The position numbers were made by a program, and so were the translations under genes. A stretch of DNA of 64,000 bases from Nitrospirota bacterium. Lineage in GTDB: Bacteria > Nitrospirota > UBA9217. A model generated the notes under the pieces. The model was not told the origin of the DNA, searched no databases, and saw only the letters and a program-made list of their open reading frames with translations. The number at the start of each line of letters is the position of its first letter. Position 1 is the stretch's first letter. Shown here in pieces: positions 19,737-30,583 of the stretch. The DNA lies in assembly GCA_029858565.1 (NCBI GenBank), contig JAOUEV010000006.1, forward strand, positions 1 through 64,000. Direction: 5' to 3'.

Positions 19737-20107
19737 TGGAAGGTGATAAGATCGTCGGATACGCGCTCTGGAGCCCGGCAATCATCGAGTCCGGCTCAAT
19801 GGTCTCCCAGGGCATGGGCCTCGGACCTGTCGGGGTAGCGCCGGAACTCCAGCGCAAAGGTATTGGCACACTGCTGATAAAGGAAGGGAATGATACTCTC
19901 CGAGAACGGGGGTGCCGGTTCATCATCGTGCTCGGCCATCCGGATTACTACCCGAGGTTCGGATTCGTGCCCGCCTCCCGGTACCGGATACGGAGTGAAT
20001 GGGACATGCCGGACAATGCGTTCATGGTCCTGGTGCTGGACAAATCGCAATCGTCCGTGATCCAGGGTGTTGCGAAATACCGGCCCGAGTTCTCGGTGGT
20101 TAGCTGA
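19736..20107 (+). pseudogene. 5'-truncated YhbS-like GNAT acetyltransferase
   Basis: LGPVGVAPELQRKGIG, VLGHPDYYPRFGF present; N-terminal part absent, no in-frame ATG back to the stop at 19628-19630. Confidence 0.7.
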
Positions 20108-20126
20108 CCGCTGCCTGTTCACGATA

Positions 20127-20160
20127 AAGAAAGCCGCGCCCTGTTGGGCGCGGCTTTCTT
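20127..20160. terminator. Bidirectional intrinsic terminator
   Basis: AAGAAAGCCGCGCCC-tgtt-GGGCGCGGCTTTCTT between convergent genes. Confidence 0.88.
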
Positions 20161-20188
20161 GTTGTGCAAGATGAAGTATGATGTGCGG

Positions 20189-22126
20189 TTACGCGCTGCG
20201 TGACCTCGTATAGTTCAGCATGCCCCCGGCAAAGAGGATGTCCTTCTGCCGTTCGCTGAGCGAATACTTGAGGCTGACGGTCTTTCCTGATGTTGTCGTC
20301 AGCAACAGGTCCTTCCCTGCCTTGAGCGCTGCCTGGATGTCTCTGATCTCCACCTTCTCCTCCGCCTTCACTGCTTCATAATCCGACTCATTTACGAAGG
20401 TAAGCGGCAGGATGCCGAAGTTGATCAAATTCGCGGCATGGATGCGCTCGAAGCTCTTGGCGACCACGGCTTTCACGCCCAGGAACATGGGGCAGATGGC
20501 AGCGTGTTCGCGGCTTGAACCCTGGCCGTAGCTCGCGCCCGCAATAATCACGTTGTGTACGCCGGCCTTCTTGTTTTCCAGTGCATTCTTTGAGAACTGG
20601 GCATCAACGCCTTCGAACACGAATTCGGCGTACTTGGGGATGTTGGACCGGTATTTCAACCTGCTGCCGGCTGGCATTATATGGTCGGTCGTGATCTTGT
20701 CTCCCACCTTGATGGCAACGACGCCCTTGATCGTGTCGGCAAGAGCGTCGCTCTTCGGCGGGTCGCCGATGTTCGGGCCGCGGAAGACCGTGATGCTTTC
20801 CGGTTTGTCCGAGGGCAAAAGGATCATGGAATCATCGATCCAGAACTCCGCGGGCAGCGTGATCTCGGGATAGGCGATGCCGAGGTCACGGGGGTCGGTG
20901 ATGCTAGCGGTGAGAGCGGCGGCAACAGCAGTTTCCGGGCTGGCAAGGTAGACCTGGGCGCTTTTGGTGCCCGAGCGTCCCTCGAAGTTGCGGTTGCTGG
21001 TGCGTACCGAGACCGCGCCGGTCTTTGGCGCCTGGCCCGAGCCGATGCAGAATCCACAGGTGGACTCCAGGATACGGGCGCCGGACGCGATGATGTCCGC
21101 AAGCGCCCCGTTCTTCGCGATCATTTCGAGCACCTGGCGCGAACCCGGTGCGATGCCGAAGCTCACGTCGGGATTGACGCGTCTTCCTTTCAGCACCGAG
21201 GCAACGAGCATCAGGTCCCGGTACGAGGAATTGGTGCAGGAACCTACCATCACCTGATCGACCCTCGTGCCCGCCACTTCCTTAACGGTCGCGATATGGT
21301 CAGGCGAATGAGGTTTTGCAACGCGCGGAACAAGACTGGAAAGGTCAAGGTCGATAGTCCGGTCATAGGGAGCGTCGGGATCGGCCGTCAGCGGGACCCA
21401 CTGGTCCTCACGCTTCTGCGCCCGGAGAAAGGCCTTGGTTACCTCATCGCTCGGGAAGACCGAGGTGGTGACCCCGAGCTCCGCGCCCATGTTCGTGATT
21501 GTGGCCCGCTCGGGAACTGACAGGGTGGCGACGCCGGGGCCGGCATACTCGACCACGCAGCCGACGTTGCCCTTGGTGGTGAGCTTTTCCAAAAGTGCAA
21601 GGATCACGTCCTTTGCTGCGACCCAGGGCGAGAGCCTGCCTGTGAGGTTCACCTTGATCACCCTGGGACAAGCGAGATAAAAAGGTCCGCCGCCCATGGC
21701 AACAGCCACGTCCAGTCCGCCCGCGCCGATGGCGATCATTCCCGCTCCGCCGCCGGTGGGCGTGTGCGAGTCCGAGCCGAGGAGCGTCCTGCCCGGCCGG
21801 CCGAAGCGTTCGAGATGGACCTGATGGCATATGCCGTTGCCGGCCTTGGAGTAGCGGATGCCGTGCTTGGCCGCGACGGTCTGGAGATAGCGGTGGTCAT
21901 CGGCGTTCTCAAACCCGTCCTGCAGGGTATTATGGTCTACATAGCTCACCGATAGCTCGGTTTTGACCTGTGCCACACCCATTGCCTCGAACTGCAGATA
22001 GGCCATGGTGCCGGTGGCATCCTGGGTCAGGGTCTGGTCAATGCGGATCGCGATCTCGGCTCCCGGCTCCAGTTTTCCCTCAACAAGATGAGTTTCCAGT
22101 ATTTTGTAAACAAGGTTCTTACCCAT
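20189..22126 (-). CDS. Aconitate hydratase (short aconitase family)
   Basis: TQDATGTMA, GSDSHT, GSCTN, CGFCIG, NRNFEGR, TTDHI, YGQGSSREHAA. Confidence 0.93.
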   Translation of the reverse strand: MGKNLVYKILETHLVEGKLEPGAEIAIRIDQTLTQDATGTMAYLQFEAMGVAQVKTELSVSYVDHNTLQDGFENADDHRYLQTVAAKHGIRYSKAGNGICHQVHLERFGRPGRTLLGSDSHTPTGGGAGMIAIGAGGLDVAVAMGGGPFYLACPRVIKVNLTGRLSPWVAAKDVILALLEKLTTKGNVGCVVEYAGPGVATLSVPERATITNMGAELGVTTSVFPSDEVTKAFLRAQKREDQWVPLTADPDAPYDRTIDLDLSSLVPRVAKPHSPDHIATVKEVAGTRVDQVMVGSCTNSSYRDLMLVASVLKGRRVNPDVSFGIAPGSRQVLEMIAKNGALADIIASGARILESTCGFCIGSGQAPKTGAVSVRTSNRNFEGRSGTKSAQVYLASPETAVAAALTASITDPRDLGIAYPEITLPAEFWIDDSMILLPSDKPESITVFRGPNIGDPPKSDALADTIKGVVAIKVGDKITTDHIMPAGSRLKYRSNIPKYAEFVFEGVDAQFSKNALENKKAGVHNVIIAGASYGQGSSREHAAICPMFLGVKAVVAKSFERIHAANLINFGILPLTFVNESDYEAVKAEEKVEIRDIQAALKAGKDLLLTTTSGKTVSLKYSLSERQKDILFAGGMLNYTRSRSA

Positions 22127-22295
22127 GCTCGGAACGCTCCTTATAAAGACAAATAACGGTCCTGTGAAGACGATATTATAGTGCACGGCCACTCAGGGAG
22201 GCAATAGGAAACTTGGGTAAAAATATGTTTGATGGAAGGGGTTTTTATTCTCTGATAAGCTTGACAGGAGCGTGAATTTACGATACTTTTTTACA

Positions 22296-23177
22296 ATGAA
22301 GAAGATATTCTGCTTATGCAGCACACTGTTCCTGCTGCTCATGTCCGCCGGACCGGGACAGGCTGCGGAAACAACAGCAACTCCTCCAACGGACTCCCCC
22401 TATACCCTGACGGTCATTCCGTTCTACAGCCCGGAAAAGCTCTGGGCGCTATATTCCCCGCTCATCACCTATCTCAAGCGATCGACCGGACAACCCTGGG
22501 AACTGAAGCTGTACCATGACCATGACACGCTCATCGAAGGACTGTGCAAGGGCGACGTGGCCATCGCACTGCTCGGACCCGTTCCGATGGGCCGCGCGAA
22601 CCGCAGATGCTGGGCCAAGCCTGTTCTTGTCGCGCTGGACAAGGGGGGGGATCCCTTCTATCGCTCTGTGATCGTGACGAACGATCCCTCGGTCACCAGC
22701 CTGGCGATGCTGAAAGGAAAGAAGTTCGGCCTGTTCAAGGGTTCGACAGCTGCCCATATCCTTCCGCTCAAGATGCTCAAGGATGCCGGTCTCGGATCCG
22801 GCGCGGTCCAACCGATCTTTTTTGAAGGCCAGGACCGCATTATGACCGCCCTGCTCACCCGCGAGATCACTGCCGCGGGCATGAAGGAGGCGTTGTACCG
22901 GAAGTTCGAGAAGGAGTCCATCAAGCCGCTCAAGATGTCGGATCCGCTTCCGAACTTCGCCTTGACGGCTTCACCCGCGGTCAACCCCCAGATCTACCAG
23001 GAGCTCGTAAAGGCGCTGCTTGTCCTCAAGCCCCTTCAGGACCCCGCGGACGGGCGGGCGGTCAGGGACTGGGATGATGAGATCAAGAACGGATTCATGC
23101 TTCCCGACGCCGACTTTCTTCCCTCAGTGATCAGGCTGCACAATATTTACCAGGAGATCATGCATGAAGCTCGATAA
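22296..23177 (+). CDS. PhnD/phosphonate-type periplasmic substrate-binding protein
   Basis: Signal peptide; PLITYLKRSTG, YRSVIV, GSTAAHILP, SDPLPN. Confidence 0.75.
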   Translation: MKKIFCLCSTLFLLLMSAGPGQAAETTATPPTDSPYTLTVIPFYSPEKLWALYSPLITYLKRSTGQPWELKLYHDHDTLIEGLCKGDVAIALLGPVPMGRANRRCWAKPVLVALDKGGDPFYRSVIVTNDPSVTSLAMLKGKKFGLFKGSTAAHILPLKMLKDAGLGSGAVQPIFFEGQDRIMTALLTREITAAGMKEALYRKFEKESIKPLKMSDPLPNFALTASPAVNPQIYQELVKALLVLKPLQDPADGRAVRDWDDEIKNGFMLPDADFLPSVIRLHNIYQEIMHEAR

Positions 23178-25776
23178 GAGCGGCATCGGCTACCGGATCC
23201 TGGTCCCCATCTTTATTCTTGTTCTTGTCATAACGATCGGTCTGCTCGGCCTCATTCAGTCCATATCAGCCCGTGTGCAGGAAGACTATTTCCGCTTCGC
23301 GGTAACGTCCGCGGGAAACAATGCTTTCATGGCGCTCGAGCTTGCAGCCTCTGAGCTCATCGCTGCCAAGCTTACCAGCAATCCGGTGGTGATCGAAGCG
23401 AAAAAGCGGGCGGTCCTTGATACGATAGTCCGCTTCTGGACCCAGGGCAAGCAGGAAGGCATCATCAGCACCACGGAAGGTTCCGTGCTGTTTTCCACGC
23501 TCCCGCCAAAGGAAACAGCGGAGATCATTGCGTTGCCCCTGGACGGCTATCATGTTGTGGAAGGCGTTGAGGGGCATCACCACTGCTTTACGAACAGCTT
23601 TCCGCTCTGGGGTTGGACCGTCACTACCGTGGTGCCCCACAGCGCGTCCCATATCGCCCGGGTGGAAGTCCTTTTGCTTGCGCCGATCGTCGCTCTTGGA
23701 GCATTCCTGATCATCGGCGGCCTGTTCGTCATACTTCGCCGGAACCTGCAGCACCCGGTGGCAACAATGGTCCAGGCGGTCACCGCGGGTGGAGAAATTC
23801 CGCTGACCGGCGTGGCGGAGTTCGACCATGTCGGAGCCGCGGTGAATGATGCTCTCGGCAAGGTACGGAAGAAAGAACGGGAGATCCACCAACTGCTCGA
23901 TTCCACGGCAGAGGGCATCTATGGTGTGGACCCCCGCGGGAATTGCACGTTCTGCAATCCCTCCTGTCTTCGCATGCTGGGCTACGAGCGCGAGGAAGAG
24001 CTTTTGGGGAAGAACACCCACAGGCTTTTCCACCATACCCGCGCTGACGGACAGGCATTGCCTGAGGCGGATTGCAGGATCTATCAGGCATATCAGAAGA
24101 ATACAGGAATCCACGTTGATGATGAAGTGTTCTGGCGAAAGGATGGCAGCAGCTTTCCAGTGGAGTACTGGTCCTATCCGGTGATCGAAAAGGGTGCGGT
24201 CACCGGCACGGTCGTGGCTTTCGTGGATATCACGGAGCGAAAAAAAGCGGATTCCTCGCTGCGCGAGGAGAAGAACAAGATCGAGGCCATCATCGCAGCC
24301 ATGGGCGAGGGTCTCAGCATCCAGGACCGGGATTTCCGCGTCCTCTATCAGAACGACGTGCACAAGGGATTCGTCGGGGCTCACGCAGGGGAGCTGTGCT
24401 ACCAGGCCTACGAGTCCAGCGACAAGCAGTGCGACGGGTGCCCGATCGCGAGTGCGTTCAAGGACGGCTCTGTTCACACCGTGGAGCGGATCGTGGACCT
24501 GCCGGGAGGCACGAAAAGCTTCGAGATCACGGCATCTCCGCTTCGGAATGCCCAAGGCGAGATCGTCGCGGGCATCGAACTGGTCAGGGACGTGACCGAG
24601 CGAAAACGTACCGAGCAGCAGCTGCAGCAGGCGCAGAAGATGGAGGCGATCGGGCAGCTTGCCGGCGGTGTTGCGCACGACTTCAACAATATCCTGACCG
24701 CGATCACCGGGTACGCGAGCTTCCTCAAGGTCAAGACCGAGGAGGGGAGCCAGCTGCGGTATTACGGGGAGCAGATCCTGACCGCCGCGGAAAAGGCAGG
24801 GAACCTCACCCGCCAGATACTCGCGTTCAGCCGCAAGCAGGTGATCAAGCCGCGGCCGGTGAACGTTAACGAGAGCATCCGCGGCATGGAAAAGATGATG
24901 TTTCGGCTCCTGGGCGAGGACATTGAGGTGCGCACTGTTCTGACGGACCGGGATGCGACCGTGATGGCCGATCCCGGGCAGTTCGAACAGGTGCTGCTCA
25001 ATCTCGCCACGAACGCCCGGGATGCCATGCCTGCAGGCGGGAGTCTGCATGTAAGCACCGAGGTCGTCGAGCTCAATAATGAAGCCGCTCACAGCAAGGG
25101 GCTGAAAGTTCCCGGCAAGTACGTGCTGATCTCCTTTTCCGACACCGGTGAGGGAATGAGCCAGAAAGTTCGGCAGCGTATCTTCGAGCCCTTTTTCACG
25201 ACCAAGGAGATGGGCCGGGGAACGGGGCTCGGCCTTTCCATCGTCTACGGGATCGTGACGCAGCATGAGGGCCAGATCAATGTCTACAGCGAGCCCGGCG
25301 AGGGCACGAGCTTCCGGATCTACCTTCCGCTGGTGACCGGGCACCAGGTGCGGCCTGCTGCTTCGAAGGAAACCACGTACAAGGGAAAGGGTGAAACGAT
25401 ACTGATCGCCGAGGATGACGAGACGGTCAGGAACATCGCCCGGCTCACGCTGGAGGAGGCCGGTTACCGGGTCATTACTGCCGTTGACGGGGAAGATGCG
25501 GTGGCCAGGTTCCGGGAACAGCCCGATTCGATACAGCTCTGCCTCTTTGACCTGATCATGCCGAAAAAGACCGGGAAAGCAGCTCTTGAAGCGATCCGGT
25601 CGCTGCGACCCGATGTCCCTGCGCTCTTTATGAGCGGTTACGCCGCGGACATCATCAAGAGCAAGGACCTTGCGGAGATCGATGTGGAGGTCATGGACAA
25701 ACCGCTCGTTCCCCGGGAGCTCCAACGGCGGGTTCGCGAGACGCTCGACGGATCGCCGGGCCCCGGGAAGAACTAA
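23164..25776 (+). CDS. Membrane hybrid histidine kinase (2 PAS, HisKA, HATPase, REC)
   Basis: GQLAGGVAHDFNNIL, NARDAM, FEPFFTTK..GTGLGL, C-terminal REC. Confidence 0.93.
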   Translation: MKLDKSGIGYRILVPIFILVLVITIGLLGLIQSISARVQEDYFRFAVTSAGNNAFMALELAASELIAAKLTSNPVVIEAKKRAVLDTIVRFWTQGKQEGIISTTEGSVLFSTLPPKETAEIIALPLDGYHVVEGVEGHHHCFTNSFPLWGWTVTTVVPHSASHIARVEVLLLAPIVALGAFLIIGGLFVILRRNLQHPVATMVQAVTAGGEIPLTGVAEFDHVGAAVNDALGKVRKKEREIHQLLDSTAEGIYGVDPRGNCTFCNPSCLRMLGYEREEELLGKNTHRLFHHTRADGQALPEADCRIYQAYQKNTGIHVDDEVFWRKDGSSFPVEYWSYPVIEKGAVTGTVVAFVDITERKKADSSLREEKNKIEAIIAAMGEGLSIQDRDFRVLYQNDVHKGFVGAHAGELCYQAYESSDKQCDGCPIASAFKDGSVHTVERIVDLPGGTKSFEITASPLRNAQGEIVAGIELVRDVTERKRTEQQLQQAQKMEAIGQLAGGVAHDFNNILTAITGYASFLKVKTEEGSQLRYYGEQILTAAEKAGNLTRQILAFSRKQVIKPRPVNVNESIRGMEKMMFRLLGEDIEVRTVLTDRDATVMADPGQFEQVLLNLATNARDAMPAGGSLHVSTEVVELNNEAAHSKGLKVPGKYVLISFSDTGEGMSQKVRQRIFEPFFTTKEMGRGTGLGLSIVYGIVTQHEGQINVYSEPGEGTSFRIYLPLVTGHQVRPAASKETTYKGKGETILIAEDDETVRNIARLTLEEAGYRVITAVDGEDAVARFREQPDSIQLCLFDLIMPKKTGKAALEAIRSLRPDVPALFMSGYAADIIKSKDLAEIDVEVMDKPLVPRELQRRVRETLDGSPGPGKN

Positions 25777-25858
25777 AAAAAGAATGCAAACAGGACGAGG
25801 CCTGTGCTATAAATGATACAAAGCATCAGCGCAGGAACAACATCTTAAGGAGGGTACC

Positions 25859-26284
25859 ATGGTCCAGAAGGCAAGTCCCAAACTGACGGAGATGATGAAC
25901 CAGGCCATCGCCGGAGAGCTTCAGGCGATCGTACAGTACATGTGGCACCATATCATGGTGAAAGGACTGAACTCAGCGTCGCTCATGGACGTGTTCGAGG
26001 AAGTGGCGATCGAGGAAATGAAGCACGCGGAAAAGATCGCCGAACGGCTCTTCTACTTCGACGTGAATCCCACGACCAAACCGACGTCCATCGCAGTAGG
26101 CGGTTCGGCCGAACAGATGCTCGCCGCGAATGTGAAGGCCGAGGAGGAGGCGATCACCCTGTACAAGCAGATCATCGCCCAGGCGGCGTCGGAAAAGGAT
26201 GAGACCACGCGGCTCCTGTTCGAGCAGATCCTCTCCGACGAAGAGCGGCATCACGATACGTTCACGACGTTGCTGGGGCAGTAG
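25859..26284 (+). CDS. Ferritin-like di-iron protein (bacterioferritin-related)
   Basis: ELQAIVQY, EEMKHAEKIAERL, EEEAI..Y, DEERH; RBS aaggagg. Confidence 0.88.
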   Translation: MVQKASPKLTEMMNQAIAGELQAIVQYMWHHIMVKGLNSASLMDVFEEVAIEEMKHAEKIAERLFYFDVNPTTKPTSIAVGGSAEQMLAANVKAEEEAITLYKQIIAQAASEKDETTRLLFEQILSDEERHHDTFTTLLGQ

Positions 26285-26399
26285 CTTCCGGGCTTTTTCC
26301 GTGGCACTGCGGCAGACGGAGAAGCCTGCCGCAGGAAGAGGTTTCACCAGAACAAAATGCGGACGGAGGCGCCTGGGGAGGATATTTTCCGCGGGAGAG

Positions 26400-26446
26400 A
26401 AGGCTGGCCGGCAGGGCTGTGCTCTGCGGCCGGCCTTTTTGTTTTA
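26400..26446 (+). terminator. Intrinsic terminator-like hairpin
   Basis: aggctggccggcagggc-tgt-gctctgcggccggcct followed by a T-rich tail. Confidence 0.6.
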
Positions 26447-26591
26447 TGAGGAAAAGCCGACAGAAGAATGTCGCTGAATATTACTGTGCATGCCAACATG
26501 CAACCGGAACAGGACAGACGGGACATAGCGAAACTCACCCCACCCTGAACAACGGGTATCGTTCCGAGGGAGCGTCTATATAAGCGGCTCG

Positions 26592-29500
26592 ATGCATCAG
26601 CCTATAGCTAAACTGACCATGCCGAAAGCGGCAGGCGCCGTGCCGCGGACGCGGTTGTTTCATCTGCTGGACCGCTTCCGGAAACGGAGCCCTGCGCTCT
26701 GGCTCTCCTCTCCCGGCGGATCGGGCAAGACCGTGCTGGTCAGCGGGTATGTGCAGGACCGCAGGCTTCCCTGCCTTTGGTACCAGATGGATGGCGGCGA
26801 CGCCGATCTTTCCGGGTTCTTCTACTATCTCGGCCAGGCTGTTGTGCGCGCCGCGCCGAAGCGGAAACCACTGCCCCTGTTCACGGCTGAATACCAGCAG
26901 AGTGCGCGTCTTTTTGCCCGCCGCTTTTTCGAGGAACTTGCCGCAGGACTGAAACATCCGGCCATCATGGTGTTCGACAACTGCGAGACCGTTGATGGGA
27001 AGCCCGACCTCCTGGAGGCGCTGGCCGAGGGCGTCTGCTCCCTGCCCGAGTCCGTGAGCGCGGTCTTCATCAGCCGTCATGACCTGCCGAAGGAGTTCTC
27101 CGGCCTGAAGCTCAGCGGCAGGATCGAATCGATCGGCTGGGAGGAGATGAAACTTTCCCCGGCCGAGACCGGGGAGATCGCAGGCTTGCGCGGATGGACC
27201 CGGACCGAGGCGCGGCAGCTCCATGAACAAGCCGGAGGCTGGATGGCAGCCCTGATCGTGATGCTCGAACAGGCGCGGACAAGCGGCGATATGATTGAGT
27301 CTGCCCCGGCCACCCGCACTGCGCTCTTCGATTTCTTTTCCCATGAAATCTACGGCCGTATGCCCGAAGAGACGCGGATGCTTCTGCTCAAAACGGCCTT
27401 TCTGCGCGCCCTGTCTCCGGAGGCGGGGGAACGGCTGAGCAGGAGCGCGCATGCGGGCCGTATCCTGGCGCTGCTCAGCCGGAAGAATTATTTCACCGAA
27501 CGGCTGTCCGGTTCCGCGCCGGTTTACCAGTACCATCCCCTTTTCCGCGAATTTCTGGCTGAGCAATGCCGCGAGACCTTTTCCCCGGACCAGATCAAGG
27601 AGATCAAGCAGGAAAGCGCGGCTGTTCTGGCGGAAAAAGGCGATCCCGACGTTGCGGTGCGTCTCCTTATGGAGGCGGAAAAGCCCGCGGAGGCGCTGGA
27701 ACTGCTGCTGGGAAACGCCTTTTCCTTCATCAGCCAGGGCAGGAACCGGACCTTCCTGGAACTGCTCGCGCTCCTACCCGAGGGGCTTGTCGCCGCGACT
27801 CCCTGGTGCGGCTTTTGGCGCGGACTGGCAACGCAGCCTTTTGATCCGGCGCAAGCGCGCGAATATTTCTCCGGCGCCTTCCACGGGTTCAAAAGCGCCG
27901 GAGATCTGGCGGGGATGCTCAGGTGCTGGAGCAGCCTGGTGGAAACGCTTTTTCACGCATGGAACGATTGCACCTTGTTCGATCCGTGGCTTGCCTGGCT
28001 CGATGAAGTTTCCCGGGAGGGGCTCGTGATTTCCGATCCGGTCCTGGATCTGCAGGTTTCGTCGGCCATGTCTGCGGCGCTCACCATGCGGGGCGGGGAC
28101 CCGGCGAAGATGCGGTACTGGGCCGAACGGGCGATCCGGGCGCTCGAGCCGGTGAATGAACCTTATCCCAAGCTGAGCGCGCTCGTGTACTGCGTAAATT
28201 ACGTCTCCTGGGTGCGGCAGCTCGATCTTGATTCGGGAATCATGGAAATAAGCCTGCGCGAGGCGGAAAAAGCCGACCTTCCGCCGATCCTGAAACTGAC
28301 GGCAGTTTATGTGCGCTCCGCGCTCGCGATCCGGCGCGATCCGGACATGCGAAAGGTGCTCGAAGACGTGCGCAGCGCCCTGTCCCTGGCTGAAGAAACA
28401 GGAGTGCATGTGTGGGACGAGATTTTTTACGGTCTGGGCGTGTATTGCGCTGTCGTGCTGAATGAAAAAGCCGCCTCCGCGTTGTTTGTCGATAAAATGC
28501 AGGCCTGCGTCAGCATCGAACGAAAACAGGGAATGGCGTTCTGTCATTATGTCCGCGCCTGGGACCGGCTGACGTTCGGCCCGGCTGCCGAGGCGAGCGA
28601 AGCGATTGCGCAGGGCCTCCATCTGTACGGCCAGACAGGGTACGAATTCCCCTCGAATGTGGCGACCTACGCTGCGGCGGTTATCTTTGCGGAAAACAAT
28701 GAACCGGACAAGGCGCTTGAACATGCCGTTGCGGCGGACGCAATCGCCGAAAAGTTCGAGGCCCTTTCCATGCGGTACACCACGCTGCTCGTTCTTGCCT
28801 ATGTGCGGCTCAAGCGGGGAGAACGGCCCGAGGCGATAAAAGCGCTTGGAGAAGCCCTCAGGATAGCCAGGGCCGGAAAGTTTCTCCGGCTGATCTGGTG
28901 GTGGCACGGACCCATGATGTCAGGGCTCATGGCGCTTGCGATCCATGAAAACATCGAACGAGAATACGCGATCGAGCTTGTACGCAGGCTGAAACTTTTG
29001 CCCGCGGACCCCGCAACGGCCCCGGAAGCATGGCCCTGGCAGATCAAGGTTGACGTGCTCGGCCGTTTCCAGGTGACGGTCGAGGACAAGCCGGTTGATA
29101 CCGGGAAGCGATCCCAGCAGAAGCCGCTGGCGCTCCTCCGTCTGCTCGCGTTCTTCGGGCCGGAAGGCATCGCGACCAGCCGCCTGGCCGACCTGCTCTG
29201 GCCCGAGGCTGAAGGGGACAAGGCGCAGCATGCGCTCGAAATGGCTCTCTCGCGACTGCGAAAACTGCTGCAACGCGACGACGCAGTAGAAGTGCGCGCC
29301 GGCACGGTGCGGCTGAACCGCAGTCTCTGCTGGGTCGATGCACGGGCGTTCGGCGAGATCGCGGACGCGGGGCTCGATCATCTGAAGAACGGCAAGACCG
29401 ACGACGGGAAGCGGCTGCTCGAACAAGCCCTGCCGCTCTACCGGGGCCATCTCGCGGACAGCGACGGTCAGGACCATTGGGCGCTCTCCGCCCGCGAACG

Positions 29501-29795
29501 GCTGCGCATGAAATACCTGCTCGCGATCGAGGCGCTGGCCGATGCCTATGAACAATCCGGCGATTCGGCGAAAGCGCTGGATCTTTTTCGCAAGGGCATC
29601 GAGGTCGACGAACTGTCGGAAGAGCTCTGCCGAAGATACATGCGCTGCTGCCTCCAGCTCGGCCGCAGGAGCGAGGCCCTGAGCGCATACCAGCGCTTGG
29701 ATCGAGCGCTGAAAAACATCATGGGGATCGCGCCGTCAGCCGAGACGCGGAAGATGATCGAGGCTAATGAGAACCGGTCTCAAAAAATGGAATAA
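26592..29795 (+). CDS. Large transcriptional activator: MalT-like STAND ATPase, helical repeats, C-terminal wHTH and BTAD
   Basis: AKLTMP, SPGGSGKT, WYQMDGGDAD, YQYHPLFREFL; C-terminal LADLLWPEAEGD, WVDARAF, EALSAYQR..LGIAPS-like motif. Confidence 0.88.
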   Translation: MHQPIAKLTMPKAAGAVPRTRLFHLLDRFRKRSPALWLSSPGGSGKTVLVSGYVQDRRLPCLWYQMDGGDADLSGFFYYLGQAVVRAAPKRKPLPLFTAEYQQSARLFARRFFEELAAGLKHPAIMVFDNCETVDGKPDLLEALAEGVCSLPESVSAVFISRHDLPKEFSGLKLSGRIESIGWEEMKLSPAETGEIAGLRGWTRTEARQLHEQAGGWMAALIVMLEQARTSGDMIESAPATRTALFDFFSHEIYGRMPEETRMLLLKTAFLRALSPEAGERLSRSAHAGRILALLSRKNYFTERLSGSAPVYQYHPLFREFLAEQCRETFSPDQIKEIKQESAAVLAEKGDPDVAVRLLMEAEKPAEALELLLGNAFSFISQGRNRTFLELLALLPEGLVAATPWCGFWRGLATQPFDPAQAREYFSGAFHGFKSAGDLAGMLRCWSSLVETLFHAWNDCTLFDPWLAWLDEVSREGLVISDPVLDLQVSSAMSAALTMRGGDPAKMRYWAERAIRALEPVNEPYPKLSALVYCVNYVSWVRQLDLDSGIMEISLREAEKADLPPILKLTAVYVRSALAIRRDPDMRKVLEDVRSALSLAEETGVHVWDEIFYGLGVYCAVVLNEKAASALFVDKMQACVSIERKQGMAFCHYVRAWDRLTFGPAAEASEAIAQGLHLYGQTGYEFPSNVATYAAAVIFAENNEPDKALEHAVAADAIAEKFEALSMRYTTLLVLAYVRLKRGERPEAIKALGEALRIARAGKFLRLIWWWHGPMMSGLMALAIHENIEREYAIELVRRLKLLPADPATAPEAWPWQIKVDVLGRFQVTVEDKPVDTGKRSQQKPLALLRLLAFFGPEGIATSRLADLLWPEAEGDKAQHALEMALSRLRKLLQRDDAVEVRAGTVRLNRSLCWVDARAFGEIADAGLDHLKNGKTDDGKRLLEQALPLYRGHLADSDGQDHWALSARERLRMKYLLAIEALADAYEQSGDSAKALDLFRKGIEVDELSEELCRRYMRCCLQLGRRSEALSAYQRLDRALKNIMGIAPSAETRKMIEANENRSQKME

Positions 29796-30040
29796 GCCGT
29801 TTCCACTCATTTATCAATCCGGTATGCGAGCTGGTCCCGACTTGCTCGGGGGAATCCTCCCTTTAAATTTTGATAGACTGCCTCCCGCTGTCATCAACAC
29901 ACAACGATTTTTGCTCTTGCCAAATCATAACGCTTCCTATACGCTCTTGCTAATTACGCAAGTCGCAAGTTTCCGTTGCGTAATTCTTCCTGTAATTGAG
30001 GTTCCATTAATTGCATCAAGGATGCAGGGTACAACATGCA

Positions 30041-30376
30041 ATGATCAATCTGTATTCACCACAAGATGAGGCGGAGCTGGCCTTACTAAGGAGCATTCTT
30101 GACTCTGAAAATATTAATTACTGTGTAAAGAATGACATCTTTGGTTCCTTAAAGATTGGGCCCCGGATTGCCCTCTACAATGTCAAAATGATAGAGGTCC
30201 AGGATGATCAATATGCTTGGGCGAAAGATCTTTTATCTGATTATTTCGAAAAGACCACCGCTGATAACGTCGAACATGATATATATTCTTGGTCCGACAA
30301 AGTACGAATGGTGATCGAAGTACTGTTGATGGGATGGATTGTCCTAGGGAGAAGAAATAGCAAAGGTATTGATTAG
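30041..30376 (+). CDS. DUF2007-like (signal-transducing) small protein, low GC
   Basis: LYSPQDEAELALLRSILDSENI...VQDDQYAWAKDLL. Confidence 0.7.
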   Translation: MINLYSPQDEAELALLRSILDSENINYCVKNDIFGSLKIGPRIALYNVKMIEVQDDQYAWAKDLLSDYFEKTTADNVEHDIYSWSDKVRMVIEVLLMGWIVLGRRNSKGID

Positions 30377-30583
30377 CCCGAAAACAACTTCCTGTTGAAC
30401 TAAGCCGCTGCGCGGCGGTGAGATACACATCCAACTGAAGTTCCCTCCGAAGCTTTCACAATTCTATTCCCGATGTATTTTTCACGTTCATTGCCTCGCC
30501 TTGCAACACCAGCCTGTTCGTTCTACAATCTTCTTTCGCATTACCATCGGCGTCATGCCGCTGGAATTTCGGGACCGTATGGG

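Noticed and set aside
29952-29985. Inverted repeat AATTACGCAA-N14-TTGCGTAATT upstream of the DUF2007 gene
   Set aside because: Real but isolated; could be an operator or hairpin, with no evidence to assign a function
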